Shown: positions 31,817 to 41,875, numbered from the stretch's first letter. The stretch: DNA of 64,000 bases from an uncultured Alphaproteobacteria bacterium (GCA_963779855.1 CAWAAE010000006.1:288963-352962), one strand, 5' to 3'. Notes: generated from the letters alone by a model not told the origin. Numbers and translations: made by a program.

Positions 31817-32997
31817 CAGCTCGTCGCCCGCGCGACGCGTTCACCGATCGCGGTCGCGAACCTTGACACCGCAGCGGCTGGCTCTACGGCCCGGCCGCAC
31901 GAGATTTGCCACAAACCCGCGGCGATCGAGCCAAATAGCGCGACATATTGAACGGCGAGCACGCTCGGCACCCGCACGCCGACAATCACGCTGACGAAGC
32001 CGATGAGCCGCAACAGAGAAACGGCGCCGATCATTCCCATCAGGGCCAGCGTGCGGCTTTGCCGCGTGGTCTGCGGCGGGCCGAGAAACGCGAACGCGAG
32101 GATGACGAAGGCGAACGGATAGAGCGGAGTGGTCAGCCGATCGTGCAATTCCGATCGATATTGGTCCGGCTGCGACGCATAGAGCGCGTCGTCGGCCCGC
32201 GGCCACAAAAGTTCCCAGAGATATTTCTCGCGCACGGTGTAGACGACGTTTTGCGTGGCGCCTGCGAATTGCGACAGATCGAAAGGGTAGCGATCGAAGG
32301 TCACAATTCGCGGATCGCGCTGACCGGCTTCGAGCCGTTGAATGCTGCCGCCTTGCAGGACAAGGAACGAGGCCTTGTCGTTCTTCACGATCTCGCCCTG
32401 CTCGGCGAGGTAGGTGGAGTGCACATTGGGGTCGCGGCGGTCGTCGACGAAGATGCCGACCAGGAGGCCGTCCGGCCGTCGATCGGCAATGTGGAAGGTG
32501 AGATTGCCGCCCACCGTCGTGAAGCGGCCTGGTTGCACGATGTTGGTGAGGATGTCGGCGCGCACCTGCGCGCCCCAGTCGCGCAGTTCACGTAAGGACC
32601 GCGGCGAGATGTAGGCGGCTATGACGGCGACCAGAAGCGAAACGATGAGGGCTGCGGCGAGGAACGGCCGCAGCAACCGCCACGGCGAGATGCCGGCTGC
32701 ATTCATTACGATGATTTCGGAATCCGAGCTGAGCTTGTTGAGGACATGCGCCGCCGCCATGACCAGCGCGATCGGCGCCAGGATCATGATCAAGAGCGGG
32801 ATGATCATTCCGGTAATGCCGACGAAGACCAGCAGCGTTTGGCGCTGACTCGTGATCAGGTCGAAATCGCGCATCGCCTGCGTGAACCAGATCACGACGG
32901 TCAAGCTGACAAGGATGATCAGAAACGCGCCCATCGTGGCGCGAAACATGTAGCGGCCGATCGACCCCATCGGATTGAACATCCCCGCTGACGGCAC
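31816..32997 (-). CDS. lptF: LPS export ABC permease LptF
   Basis: YjgP/YjgQ-type permease (GSIGRYMFRATMGAF...), divergent from pepA as in many proteobacteria. The start is uncertain within the first 10 codons. Confidence 0.85.
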   Translation of the reverse strand: MPSAGMFNPMGSIGRYMFRATMGAFLIILVSLTVVIWFTQAMRDFDLITSQRQTLLVFVGITGMIIPLLIMILAPIALVMAAAHVLNKLSSDSEIIVMNAAGISPWRLLRPFLAAALIVSLLVAVIAAYISPRSLRELRDWGAQVRADILTNIVQPGRFTTVGGNLTFHIADRRPDGLLVGIFVDDRRDPNVHSTYLAEQGEIVKNDKASFLVLQGGSIQRLEAGQRDPRIVTFDRYPFDLSQFAGATQNVVYTVREKYLWELLWPRADDALYASQPDQYRSELHDRLTTPLYPFAFVILAFAFLGPPQTTRQSRTLALMGMIGAVSLLRLIGFVSVIVGVRVPSVLAVQYVALFGSIAAGLWQISCGRAVEPAAAVSRFATAIGERVARATS

Positions 32998-33273
32998 ACC
33001 TGATAGCCGCGTCGGCCCCCCGACGCCGCATCGTTAGAGCCGATCCCCCCAAGGCGGGTATTTTCATGCTTTCACAAAGTGGCTTCGCCAAGGCAAAGCT
33101 ATTGAACATGCACACTAAAGCGTTAATACGGGCGTTTGATAAAGGCATCCCCGGACGTCGGCGATTTTGGCGCACCAGCCCGCTTTGCACGTACGGCCGG
33201 TCGGGTTCATAACTTGGATACCATAACCCCACCGGTCTTTCGGTCGTACCGGACCAAGCCAAAGGAACGCTCT

Positions 33274-34767
33274 ATGGGCGCCGCTCTCAAATTCGGCTTC
33301 ACGCCGTTTGCCCGACGGCACGGTGTTCTTGTTGTGTTCTGCCAAGAAAATCTCAAACTGGGTCCGGCAACTCAGCGCGCACTCTGGCCAATGGGAGATT
33401 TCCTGCACCGCGCGGCCGCGGCGGATCGCTTTACCGGCAAGAGCGGCTCGAGCCTCGACGTCGTCGCGCCTTCGGGCCTCAACGCACCGAGGCTGGTGGT
33501 CGTCGGTCTCGGCAAGGAGAGCGAGCAAAAGTCACCCGATTTTGTCAAGCTCGGCGGTATCGCCATGGGTAAGCTGCCGGCAGCTGCTGCGAGCGCGACG
33601 ATCTTTGCGGAATTCGGCTTGGGCCCGCTTAAGGCCAATCAGGTCGCCGATCTGGCGCTTGGTGTGCGGCTACGCGCCTACACATTCGACCTCTATAAGA
33701 CGAAACGAAAAGAGGACGAGGAGCGTCCGAGCAAAATTGAGGTGAACTTCGCCTGTTCCAATCCGGCCTCCGCGGAGAAGGCTTGGGCGCACAACGTTGC
33801 GATCGCCGACGGTGTCGTGCTCGCCCGCGACCTCGTCAACGAACCCGCCAACGTGCTCTATCCTGGTGAGTTTGCGCGTCGGTCATCGAGCCTGACCAAA
33901 CTCGGGGTTGGCGTCGAGGTGCTCGACGTTGCGGCAATGCGCAAGCTCGGCATGGGTGCACTCCTTGGCGTCGGTCAAGGCTCGGCACATGAATCGAAAC
34001 TTGTCGTCATGCGCTGGAATGGCGGCAAGCGCGGGGTCGATCCGATCGCGTTCATCGGCAAGGGTGTGTGTTTCGACAGCGGCGGCATTTCGATCAAGCC
34101 GGCCCAAGGCATGGAAGACATGAAGGGCGATATGGCGGGAGCCGCCTGCGTCGTCGGCTTGATGCACGCGCTCGCGGCGCGCAAAGCCAAGGTCAATGCC
34201 GTCGGCGCAATCGGGCTTGTCGAGAACATGCCGGACGGCAAAGCGCAACGTCCGGGCGACATCGTCAAGACGATGTCCGGACAGACGATCGAAGTCATCA
34301 ATACCGACGCCGAAGGCCGTCTCGTCCTTGCCGACGTATTGCATTACGTCAACAAACGCTTCAAGCCGAAATTCATGGTCAACTTGGCGACGCTCACCGG
34401 GGCCATCATTGTGGCATTGGGGCAGGAATATGCCGGCATGTTCTGCAATGACGACAAGCTCGCCGAGCGATTAGCCAAAACCGGCGGGGTTATCGGAGAG
34501 CGGGTGTGGCGGATGCCGCTTGGGCCCGAATACGACAAGATGATCAACTCGAAGTTCGCCGATATGAAGAATACCGGTGGCCGCTGGGGCGGCGCGATCA
34601 CGGCGGCACAATTGCTGCAACGCTTCGTCGGCAAGACGCCGTGGGCACATCTCGACATTGCCGGGACCGCATTGGGATCGCCGCAAACCGATATCAACAA
34701 GAGCTGGAGTTCGGGCTGGGGTGTACGGCTTCTTGAACGGCTCGTGGAAGATTACTACGAGCGGTGA
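33274..34767 (+). CDS. pepA: leucyl aminopeptidase (M17)
   Basis: [12 protein letters not shown] signature and [15 protein letters not shown]. The ATG at 33274 is preceded by AAAGGAA. Confidence 0.93.
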   Translation: MGAALKFGFTPFARRHGVLVVFCQENLKLGPATQRALWPMGDFLHRAAAADRFTGKSGSSLDVVAPSGLNAPRLVVVGLGKESEQKSPDFVKLGGIAMGKLPAAAASATIFAEFGLGPLKANQVADLALGVRLRAYTFDLYKTKRKEDEERPSKIEVNFACSNPASAEKAWAHNVAIADGVVLARDLVNEPANVLYPGEFARRSSSLTKLGVGVEVLDVAAMRKLGMGALLGVGQGSAHESKLVVMRWNGGKRGVDPIAFIGKGVCFDSGGISIKPAQGMEDMKGDMAGAACVVGLMHALAARKAKVNAVGAIGLVENMPDGKAQRPGDIVKTMSGQTIEVINTDAEGRLVLADVLHYVNKRFKPKFMVNLATLTGAIIVALGQEYAGMFCNDDKLAERLAKTGGVIGERVWRMPLGPEYDKMINSKFADMKNTGGRWGGAITAAQLLQRFVGKTPWAHLDIAGTALGSPQTDINKSWSSGWGVRLLERLVEDYYER

Positions 34768-34777
34768 TGGCGCTCGA

Positions 34778-35230
34778 ATGACTGAAATTCTTTTCTACCA
34801 TCTCAAAGGTCAGACGCCGGAGCAGGTCTTGCCGGCCCTGCTTGCGAAGTCGCTTGAACGCGGCTGGCGGGTCGTGGTGCAGGCGTCGTCCGACGAACGT
34901 GTCGAAGCGCTTGACGCCCATTTGTGGACGTGGCGCGACGATTCCTTCCTGCCGCACGGGACTTGGCGCGACGCCGAGGCCGCCGAGCAGCCGATCGTGC
35001 TCACCGTCAATGAGGAAAACCCGAATGGAGCGACGGTGCGCTTCCTCGTCGACGGCGCGAGCATGTCCGGAGATGCCGCCGGCTATGAGCGCATCGTGCT
35101 ACTCTTTGACGGGGAGGATCCCGACGCAGTCGACGCCGCGCGGGCACGCTGGAACGAGGCAAAGGCTGCGGGCGCCGAGGTGACTTATTGGCAGGCCGAT
35201 GAGAAGGGCCGCTGGCGCCGTCAAAGCTGA
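34778..35230 (+). CDS. holC: DNA polymerase III subunit chi
   Basis: MTEILFYHL...RVVVQASSDERVEALDAHLWTWRDDSFLPHG, plus pepA-holC synteny. Confidence 0.85.
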   Translation: MTEILFYHLKGQTPEQVLPALLAKSLERGWRVVVQASSDERVEALDAHLWTWRDDSFLPHGTWRDAEAAEQPIVLTVNEENPNGATVRFLVDGASMSGDAAGYERIVLLFDGEDPDAVDAARARWNEAKAAGAEVTYWQADEKGRWRRQS

Positions 35231-35390
35231 GCTGGCCAAGCTTTGAAACCGACGTAAGTAAGCTGCATATCATATTGATAAAAAACGACTTTCCAGGCCT
35301 TAATCATAAGCCTTTGCCACTGGCTCAACGGCACGTTTTCAGCACTATATTCTTTGCTCGGTCGCTATTTTGGATGCTATAGTTAGTTCC

Positions 35391-35813
35391 ATGAACAAAC
35401 ATTCAGTGAAAAAGAAACGGCCCGCTAAAGCGAGCACCAAAACGAGCCGCAACGCAGCGGTTCGCAAGTCGCCCGCACGCGCCGTTACAGCCGCGCGTAA
35501 GCCCTCCGCCACACGGCGATCGGCGCGGAAGCCGGAGTCGCTCAGCGCGATGAGAATTACCGCCGTAGAGTTGGCCACGGTCACAGTCGCGCAAGTGACG
35601 GCATTAGCTCCGGTGCTAAAGACGCACAAATATCGCGTTGGACAAGCTGTCTTTTACACATCGAGCCCCATCAGTCGGCCCGGTGCGAGCGGCAGTTACA
35701 AGGTGGTCAGGCTGCTGCCGTCGGACGGCGATGATTACCAATACCGGATCAAGAATCCCGGCGAGGCCTTCGAGCGCGTCGCCAAGGAGAGCCAGCTCGA
35801 ACTCGAGCACTGA
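35391..35813 (+). CDS. hypothetical protein: Lys/Arg/Ala-rich basic N-terminal half plus small conserved C-terminal domain
   Basis: MNKHSVKKKRPAKASTKTSRNAAVRKSPARAV... is followed by YRVGQAVFY...YKVVRLLPSDGDDYQYRIKNPGEAFERVAKESQL. It is preceded by an AT-rich intergenic region. Confidence 0.5.
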   Translation: MNKHSVKKKRPAKASTKTSRNAAVRKSPARAVTAARKPSATRRSARKPESLSAMRITAVELATVTVAQVTALAPVLKTHKYRVGQAVFYTSSPISRPGASGSYKVVRLLPSDGDDYQYRIKNPGEAFERVAKESQLELEH

Positions 35814-35903
35814 CCGGTCCGTTGCGCGGCTGGCGCCTGCCGTGCCGCTGCGCCATACTCCCGCCTCGGCAAGCGGCTTTGTTGTTCCTTATTGGGGTGG
35901 TTG

Positions 35904-37013
35904 ATGTTCGGCGTTGATCCCGACATCGGAAGCTCGGCACTGCGTTTGTGGGTCGCGGCCGGATCGGCGGCGCTGCTCGTTTTCGTTTGCGCGCTGGCGT
36001 TCGATTGGACCCGGACCAGGACGGTGGCGCGCGTCGGCGTGGTCGTTCTCGGCGCGGTGCTTGGAGCGACGCTGGCTTGGAGTTTTCTTGATGCCGCGTC
36101 AGTCCGCGATCGCAGTGCCGAGCGTCGCGCTCTCGAGGCGCGCGCGGCGGAGCTTAATGCGGAAAGTCTCGCGCCTGGTTCTCCGCTGGCCTGCTTGAAT
36201 GGCTTGGCGGGCGATGATGTCGAGGCCGCCTGCGAAAAGGCGCTTTTTGCCGCGCCCGCGACCGTGGCGAGTGCCACATCCTATGTCGCCGCTCGCTTTG
36301 CGTTGCTTGCCGATATGGTCGCCTATACCAGGCGCGGCGGCGGCAACATCAATAGCGTGTTGCTGCCGCTGCGCCACTCGCTCGAAGCCGATCGGTTCGG
36401 ATTCGTTGCGCATACGCTCGTCGTCGCCGACCGCTGCACCAGCGATCATTGCGCGGCGCTTGCGCTGCTGGACAATCCGAGCCAGGTCCGCGCAAATTTA
36501 AGCGGGCAAACGCTCGATCGCTATCTCGATCATTATTTGACAGCCTGGGCCCAGCCGCCCGATGTTCCGCTCGCCGACGCGACCTCGATGTCAGCCGCAA
36601 CGGGCCAGCCGGGCGCGCCCCCGCATAAGTTGGTCGATATCGACTTTCCCAGCGCGGCCTCAATTCCGGCGATCAGCATTATGAATCCCGAGCCCGCAGG
36701 ACCGCCGGGCGCCGCCGCCGTCGCCGCCGCGACTGCCGGTGAACCGAGGGCTCATGACGCGCCGGCGTCGTCGTCGCGACGAACGCGCAAGCCGGCGCCC
36801 GCGCCCGCGCAGGCCACTGCGTCCGCGCCGCCGGCGCCGCCGGCGCCGCCTGTGGATCCGGTCTGGCTGCCGAGAACCGCGCCGGCCACGCCGGCTGCCA
36901 CCGCGGCTGCGCCGACGGTAACCGGTGTCGCACCTGCGGGCGCGGGGCCGGTGCAGCTCAATCCATTTCAGCCGCAGCCGCTGGCGAGCACCGGAGCAGC
37001 GCGCGCGCAATGA
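35904..37013 (+). CDS. hypothetical membrane-anchored protein with Pro/Ala-rich C-terminus
   Basis: Two N-terminal hydrophobic segments, a Cys-containing central domain, then a long PA-rich tail. Confidence 0.5.
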   Translation: MFGVDPDIGSSALRLWVAAGSAALLVFVCALAFDWTRTRTVARVGVVVLGAVLGATLAWSFLDAASVRDRSAERRALEARAAELNAESLAPGSPLACLNGLAGDDVEAACEKALFAAPATVASATSYVAARFALLADMVAYTRRGGGNINSVLLPLRHSLEADRFGFVAHTLVVADRCTSDHCAALALLDNPSQVRANLSGQTLDRYLDHYLTAWAQPPDVPLADATSMSAATGQPGAPPHKLVDIDFPSAASIPAISIMNPEPAGPPGAAAVAAATAGEPRAHDAPASSSRRTRKPAPAPAQATASAPPAPPAPPVDPVWLPRTAPATPAATAAAPTVTGVAPAGAGPVQLNPFQPQPLASTGAARAQ

Positions 37014-37052
37014 GTTGAAAGCGTTCGCCTGAGGCGGTCTGATGCTGCTGTG

Positions 37053-39014
37053 ATGTTCCGGTCCGTCCTTATCGCCAACCGCGGCGAAATCGCCTGCCGT
37101 ATCGCGCGCACCGCCAAGCGCCTCGGCATGCGTACGATTGCCGTGTATTCCGCCGCGGATGTGGACGCGCTGCACGTCCGGTCATGTGACGAGGCCTATC
37201 TCATCGGCGCCGCCGAGCCGCGCGAGAGTTATCTCTCGATCGGAAGCCTGATCGCGGCCGCGCGTAAGGCCGCAGCCGAATGCATTCATCCGGGCTACGG
37301 CTTCTTGTCCGAGAATGCCGACTTCGCCGAAGCCTGCGGCGCAGCCGGTATTGCCTTCGTCGGACCGCCCGCGGCAGCTATTCGCGCGATGGGACTGAAG
37401 GACCGCGCCAAGACGCTCATGGAGAAGGCGGGCGTGCCGGTCGTGCCCGGCTTTCACGGCGAACGGCAAGACGCCAAGTTCCTCAAGGAGAAAGCCTACG
37501 AGATCGGCTATCCGGTGCTAATCAAGCCGGCGGCGGGCGGCGGCGGGCGCGGCATGCGCCGCGTCGACAAGCACGCCGATTTCGAGACCGCGCTCGAAGG
37601 CGCGATCCGCGAGAGCCAATCGGCGTTCGGCTCGGGCCGGGTCCTGATCGAAAAATTCATCGCCTCACCTCGGCACATCGAGATTCAAGTCTTTGCCGAC
37701 CGATATGGCAGCGCGATCCACCTCGGCGAGCGCGACTGCTCGCTGCAGCGCCGGCACCAGAAGGTGATCGAGGAAGCGCCGGCGCCCGGCATGACGGCGG
37801 ATTTGCGCGCGCAGATCGGCGCCGCCGCGGTCGAGGCGGCAAAGGCGGTGGGCTATTGCGGCGCCGGCACCGTCGAGTTTGTTGCCGACGGCACGAAGGG
37901 ATTGCGGGCCGAGGCCTTCTGGTTCATCGAAATGAACACGCGGCTCCAGGTCGAACATCCGGTGACGGAGGAAGTCACGGGGCTCGATCTGGTCGAGTGG
38001 CAATTGCGCATCGCCGCCGGCGAAAGGCTGCCGCTGACCCAAGGTCAAGTCCGCATCGACGGCCATGCCATTGAAGCGCGCATCTATGCGGAGGACCCGG
38101 AGCACGACTTCCTGCCGTCGACCGGCGCCATCGTGGCGTTGGAATTGCCGAGCGATATCCGCGTCGATTCCGGCGTCGAAGCGGGCGGGGAAGTGACGCG
38201 CTTCTATGATGCGATGATTGCCAAGCTAATCGCGCATGCGCCGACGCGGCAGGCCGCGCTCGATCGGCTGGCGCACGCGCTCGATCGCACGCTGATCGCG
38301 GGCGTGCGCAGCAACGTTGCTTTCCTCGCAAAGTTGTGCCGCGCCGACGAGTTGCGGCGGGGCAAGGTCGATACCGGCTTCATCGACCGCAATCTGGCGA
38401 TGCTCGGCGCTGTGCCGCAACCGCGTGACGACGCGGCCGCCGCGCTCGGTGCGGCGCGGCTAATCAACTCCTCGGTCGCGAACGAAGTCCCACTCGACGA
38501 CGACTCGCTGGAAGCCGGTTCACCTTGGACGACGAACGACGGCTTCCAACTCGGCGGCGTGCGTTCGATCGCGATCCCGATTGTCATTGATGGCGAGAGC
38601 GCCAAGGCGAGCGTTACCTACCGAAAAGATGGCGCGCGGGTCGCAGTCGATGGTGCGGCGCCGGCGCCAGACGGCAAGGTCTTCGAAGCGGGGCAGCACG
38701 CCTTTGTGGTGCGCTCCGGCCGTCAAACCCGCGTGCGCATGCAGGATTTTTCCGCAGGCGTCGCGGCGGCGAGCGCCGGCGACGGCGTCGTCAAGGCGCC
38801 GATGCACGGCAAAGTGCTGGAACTTCTCGCCGGCGTCGGCGATCGCGTCGCTGTCGGTCAACGTCTTGCCGTTATCGAAGCGATGAAGATGGAACACACG
38901 CTGCGCGCGCCGTTCGCCGGCGTCGTCGTGCAAGTTCCTGTGCGTATTGGGGCGCAAGTTGTGGAAAGCGCGCCGATCATGGTGCTAGAGCAAATCACCG
39001 AAACGATAGAATAG
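37053..39014 (+). CDS. biotin-dependent acyl-CoA carboxylase alpha subunit (biotin carboxylase + BCCP; methylcrotonyl-/propionyl-CoA carboxylase type)
   Basis: MFRSVLIANRGEIACR, the ATP-grasp core, and the C-terminal biotinyl-lysine motif IEAMKMEH. The 654 aa length fits MccA-like enzymes. Confidence 0.9.
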   Translation: MFRSVLIANRGEIACRIARTAKRLGMRTIAVYSAADVDALHVRSCDEAYLIGAAEPRESYLSIGSLIAAARKAAAECIHPGYGFLSENADFAEACGAAGIAFVGPPAAAIRAMGLKDRAKTLMEKAGVPVVPGFHGERQDAKFLKEKAYEIGYPVLIKPAAGGGGRGMRRVDKHADFETALEGAIRESQSAFGSGRVLIEKFIASPRHIEIQVFADRYGSAIHLGERDCSLQRRHQKVIEEAPAPGMTADLRAQIGAAAVEAAKAVGYCGAGTVEFVADGTKGLRAEAFWFIEMNTRLQVEHPVTEEVTGLDLVEWQLRIAAGERLPLTQGQVRIDGHAIEARIYAEDPEHDFLPSTGAIVALELPSDIRVDSGVEAGGEVTRFYDAMIAKLIAHAPTRQAALDRLAHALDRTLIAGVRSNVAFLAKLCRADELRRGKVDTGFIDRNLAMLGAVPQPRDDAAAALGAARLINSSVANEVPLDDDSLEAGSPWTTNDGFQLGGVRSIAIPIVIDGESAKASVTYRKDGARVAVDGAAPAPDGKVFEAGQHAFVVRSGRQTRVRMQDFSAGVAAASAGDGVVKAPMHGKVLELLAGVGDRVAVGQRLAVIEAMKMEHTLRAPFAGVVVQVPVRIGAQVVESAPIMVLEQITETIE

Positions 39015-39018
39015 AGCG

Positions 39019-39456
39019 ATGCCGCTTAACCTCATCAAGCTGTGTGTCGGCGCCGACTCGGTCCGCGATCTCGAGGACTGGATCAAGGAAAAGCTGAAGC
39101 AGAAGCGCAAAGCTGGCGAAAGGCCCGAGCACATCCACAGGACGCGAATGGTGCCGAAGCGCGCGGCGGAACTCACCGACGGCGGCTCGCTCTATTGGGT
39201 CATCCGCGGCGAGGTCATGTGCCGGCAGCGCATTCGTGACGTGCGGCCGTTCCGCGACAAGGACGGCATCGGACGTTGCGGCCTCGTGCTCGATCCCAAA
39301 GTGGTCCTGGTCGAGCCGCGGCCTTATCGCGCGTTCCAGGGCTGGCGCTACCTGGCGGCAAAGGACGCCCCGCGCGACCTCGGCAAAGCGGTGAAGGGCG
39401 CCGCCGCAATGCCGGAGACGTTGCGCCGGGAGCTGCGCGAACTCGGCCTGATGTAA
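39019..39456 (+). CDS. DUF1489 family protein
   Basis: MPLNLIKLCVGADSVRDLEDWI...SLYWVIRG... is the pattern I associate with DUF1489. Confidence 0.65.
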   Translation: MPLNLIKLCVGADSVRDLEDWIKEKLKQKRKAGERPEHIHRTRMVPKRAAELTDGGSLYWVIRGEVMCRQRIRDVRPFRDKDGIGRCGLVLDPKVVLVEPRPYRAFQGWRYLAAKDAPRDLGKAVKGAAAMPETLRRELRELGLM

Positions 39457-39511
39457 GCCGGCTGCCGCATGGCGCTCGCCATGGCGATCACGTAAAATCC
39501 GCCAAGACCCA

Positions 39512-39560
39512 GAGCATGAGCCCGAAAAATGGATGCCGGTTTTCGGAAAAGATCGTGCGC
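39512..39560. repeat. 49-bp palindromic intergenic repeat, copy B
   Basis: GAGCATGAGCCCGAAAAATGGATGCCGGTTTTCGGAAAAGATCGTGCGC matches copy A at 42/49 positions by hand alignment. Confidence 0.75.
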
Positions 39561-39585
39561 AAACAAAGTTTTTGGAGCAAGACGA

Positions 39586-40527
39586 ATGATTATTGAAAGT
39601 GAGAAGGACGTCACCGAGGTCGTGCTCAAGGAATATGCGCGAATAAAAAATCCGCGGCTGCGCGAGATCATGGCGGCGCTCATCCGCCACCTGCACGAAT
39701 TCGCCCGCGAGGTGAGGCTGACGGAGGAAGAGTTTCAGGCTGCCATCGCCTATATCATCGCGCTCGGCAAGCACACCAACGAAACCCACAACGAAGCCGT
39801 GCTGATGTCCGGATCGCTCGGCTTCTCGACGCTGATCTGCCTTCTCAACAACGGCAATCGCGGCCAGACCGAGACCGATGCCAATTTGCTCGGACCGTTC
39901 TGGCGCATGGATTCGCCGCCGACCAAAAACGGCGCGTCCATCGTGCGCTCGCCGACGCCGGGGCCGGCGCTGTTCGTCGATGCCTGGTTCCGCGACGCCA
40001 AGGGCAAGCCGATCGAAAGCGCCGAGGTCGACGTCTGGCATTCGTCGACCGAAGGATTTTACGAAAACCAGGATCCGGTCCAGGCCGACATGAATTTGCG
40101 CGGCAAGTTCACCACCGATAAGGACGGCCATATCGGTTTCCGCAGCGTGAAACCGGCCGGCTATCCGATCCCGATCGAGGGTCCGGTCGGCGAGCTGTTG
40201 CGCGCCGCGGGCCGGCACAATATGCGCCCCGCGCATCTGCACTTCCTCGCTTACAAGCCGGGCTTCAAGACGCTGATCTCGCAAATCTACGATCCCGAGG
40301 ACGAGCACATCGAAACCGACGTGCAATTCGGCGTCACCCGGCATTTGATCGGTAAATACATCCGCCACAACGAAGCGCGCGCGGGAGCGCCGAACGTGAA
40401 ACCGCCATGGTATTCGATCGAACACAGCTTCGTCATGGAAAGCGGCACGGCGCGTTTGCCGCGGCCGCCGATCACGGGCAAGGCGCAAGGCGAGCGGCCG
40501 AGAATTCCGCATCTCGAACCGGCGTGA
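39586..40527 (+). CDS. intradiol ring-cleavage dioxygenase (hydroxyquinol/catechol 1,2-dioxygenase family)
   Basis: GPFW..., YENQD, GYPIP and RPAHLHF motifs are typical of intradiol dioxygenases. Confidence 0.85.
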   Translation: MIIESEKDVTEVVLKEYARIKNPRLREIMAALIRHLHEFAREVRLTEEEFQAAIAYIIALGKHTNETHNEAVLMSGSLGFSTLICLLNNGNRGQTETDANLLGPFWRMDSPPTKNGASIVRSPTPGPALFVDAWFRDAKGKPIESAEVDVWHSSTEGFYENQDPVQADMNLRGKFTTDKDGHIGFRSVKPAGYPIPIEGPVGELLRAAGRHNMRPAHLHFLAYKPGFKTLISQIYDPEDEHIETDVQFGVTRHLIGKYIRHNEARAGAPNVKPPWYSIEHSFVMESGTARLPRPPITGKAQGERPRIPHLEPA

Positions 40528-40637
40528 CTTTCCTCGGACGTCATGGCTCGACATAGTCGTCCCAAGGACGGCGTCGCTTCGCTCGCCTATGTTCCGGCCA
40601 TCGACGTCTTCGTGACTAGCAGAAAAGAAAGACGTGG

Positions 40638-40660
40638 ATGCCCGCGACGAGCGCGGGCAT
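40638..40660. other. GC-rich stem-loop (REP-like) upstream of the ABC binding-protein gene
   Basis: ATGCCCGCG-ACGAG-CGCGGGCAT has a 9-bp perfect stem. Confidence 0.4.
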
Positions 40661-40683
40661 GACGAAAAATGGAGGAATAAAAA

Positions 40684-41853
40684 ATGCTTCGTCGAACACT
40701 GCTCAAAGGCGTGGCCGCCACGGCAGCGAGCGGATTGCTTGCCCGTTCCGCCGCCGCCGACAACGTCCTCAAAATCGGCATCAGCATGCCGATCACCGGC
40801 GCCGGCTTCAACGCCGTCGGGCGTCAGCTGCAGGCCGCGCTGAAGCTATACATGCAGCAGCACGGCGACACGGTCGCCGGCCGCAAGATCGAGCTCATCA
40901 TCCGCGACGACGGCGGCGCCCCCGATACCGCGCACCGGCTCATTCAGGAAATGATCGTCAACGACAAGGTCGACGTGCTCGGCATCGGCATCACGCCGAC
41001 CGCGCTCGCCATCGCGCCGCTCGCGAGCGAGGCGAAAAAGGTGACGCTGGTCATGAGCTCCGGCGCCTCGGTCACCACAACGAAATGTCCGTACTTCGTG
41101 CGCGCCGGCTTTCTCCTCAGTCAGCAGTCGTGGATTCTGGCCGAATGGGCGGCCAAGAACGGTTCGAGCCACGCCGTCACTTTGGTCAACGACTGGGCCC
41201 CCGGCATCGAGGCGGAAACCGCGTTCAAGACCCGCTTCACCCAAGTGGGCGGCGCGATCGTCGAATTGATCCGCATTCCGCTCGCCAATCCCGACTTCGC
41301 GCCGTTCCTGCAGCGCATCGCCGACCTCAAGCCGGATACCGCCTTCATCTATTTCCCCGGCACCCAGGCGCCGATTTTCGCCAAGCAATTCGCCGAGCGC
41401 GGCCTCGGCAAATCCGGCATAAAAATCATTGGACCGGGCGACCTGACCGACGACGACGATCTGGACGCCATGGGCGATCAGATGCTCGGCATGATCACCG
41501 CCGGGCCCTATTCCGCCGCGCACAATTCGGCGCTCAACAAGACCTATGTCGCGGCAATCGAGAAGGCCGGCAGCTTCCGGCCCGACTTCGTCTCGCTCGG
41601 CGGCTATGACGGCCTGCATCTGCTCTACGAGGCGCTCAAAAAGACCGGCGGCAATTCCGACGGCGACGCTTTGATCGCGGCCATGAAGGGTATGGCGTGG
41701 GAGAGCCCGCGCGGCCCGATCTCGATCGATGCCGCAACGCGCGACATCGTCAACAACATCTATATCCGCAAGGTCGAGAAGATTGACGGCCAACTTTGGA
41801 ACACCGAGTTTCAGACCTTCCCGAACGTGAAAGATCCGATGAAGAGCGGGTGA
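40684..41853 (+). CDS. ABC transporter substrate-binding protein (LivJ/branched-chain amino acid type)
   Basis: Tat/Sec-like signal peptide MLRRTLLKGVAATAASGLLARSAAA, then a type I periplasmic binding fold pattern (LKIGISMPITG...). Confidence 0.85.
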   Translation: MLRRTLLKGVAATAASGLLARSAAADNVLKIGISMPITGAGFNAVGRQLQAALKLYMQQHGDTVAGRKIELIIRDDGGAPDTAHRLIQEMIVNDKVDVLGIGITPTALAIAPLASEAKKVTLVMSSGASVTTTKCPYFVRAGFLLSQQSWILAEWAAKNGSSHAVTLVNDWAPGIEAETAFKTRFTQVGGAIVELIRIPLANPDFAPFLQRIADLKPDTAFIYFPGTQAPIFAKQFAERGLGKSGIKIIGPGDLTDDDDLDAMGDQMLGMITAGPYSAAHNSALNKTYVAAIEKAGSFRPDFVSLGGYDGLHLLYEALKKTGGNSDGDALIAAMKGMAWESPRGPISIDAATRDIVNNIYIRKVEKIDGQLWNTEFQTFPNVKDPMKSG

Positions 41854-41875
41854 AGGAAGCGGACGCATCCGCAAT

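Noticed and set aside
35255-35285. A possible dif (XerC/D) site in the AT-rich stretch ctgcatatcatattgataaaaaacg after holC.
   Set aside because: It has only a vague resemblance to the XerC arm. The highly conserved XerD arm (TTATGTTAAAT-like) is absent.
38995-40554. A 519-aa minus-strand ORF spanning DUF1489, the repeat element and the dioxygenase gene.
   Set aside because: It lies opposite two well-supported plus-strand genes. It has Arg-rich junk composition, and its continuity across the intergenic repeat looks fortuitous.
40638-41609. A 323-aa plus-strand ORF overlapping the ABC binding-protein gene.
   Set aside because: It is an alternate frame of 40684-41853, which has a proper signal peptide and a binding-protein pattern. 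This frame is Arg-rich nonsense.
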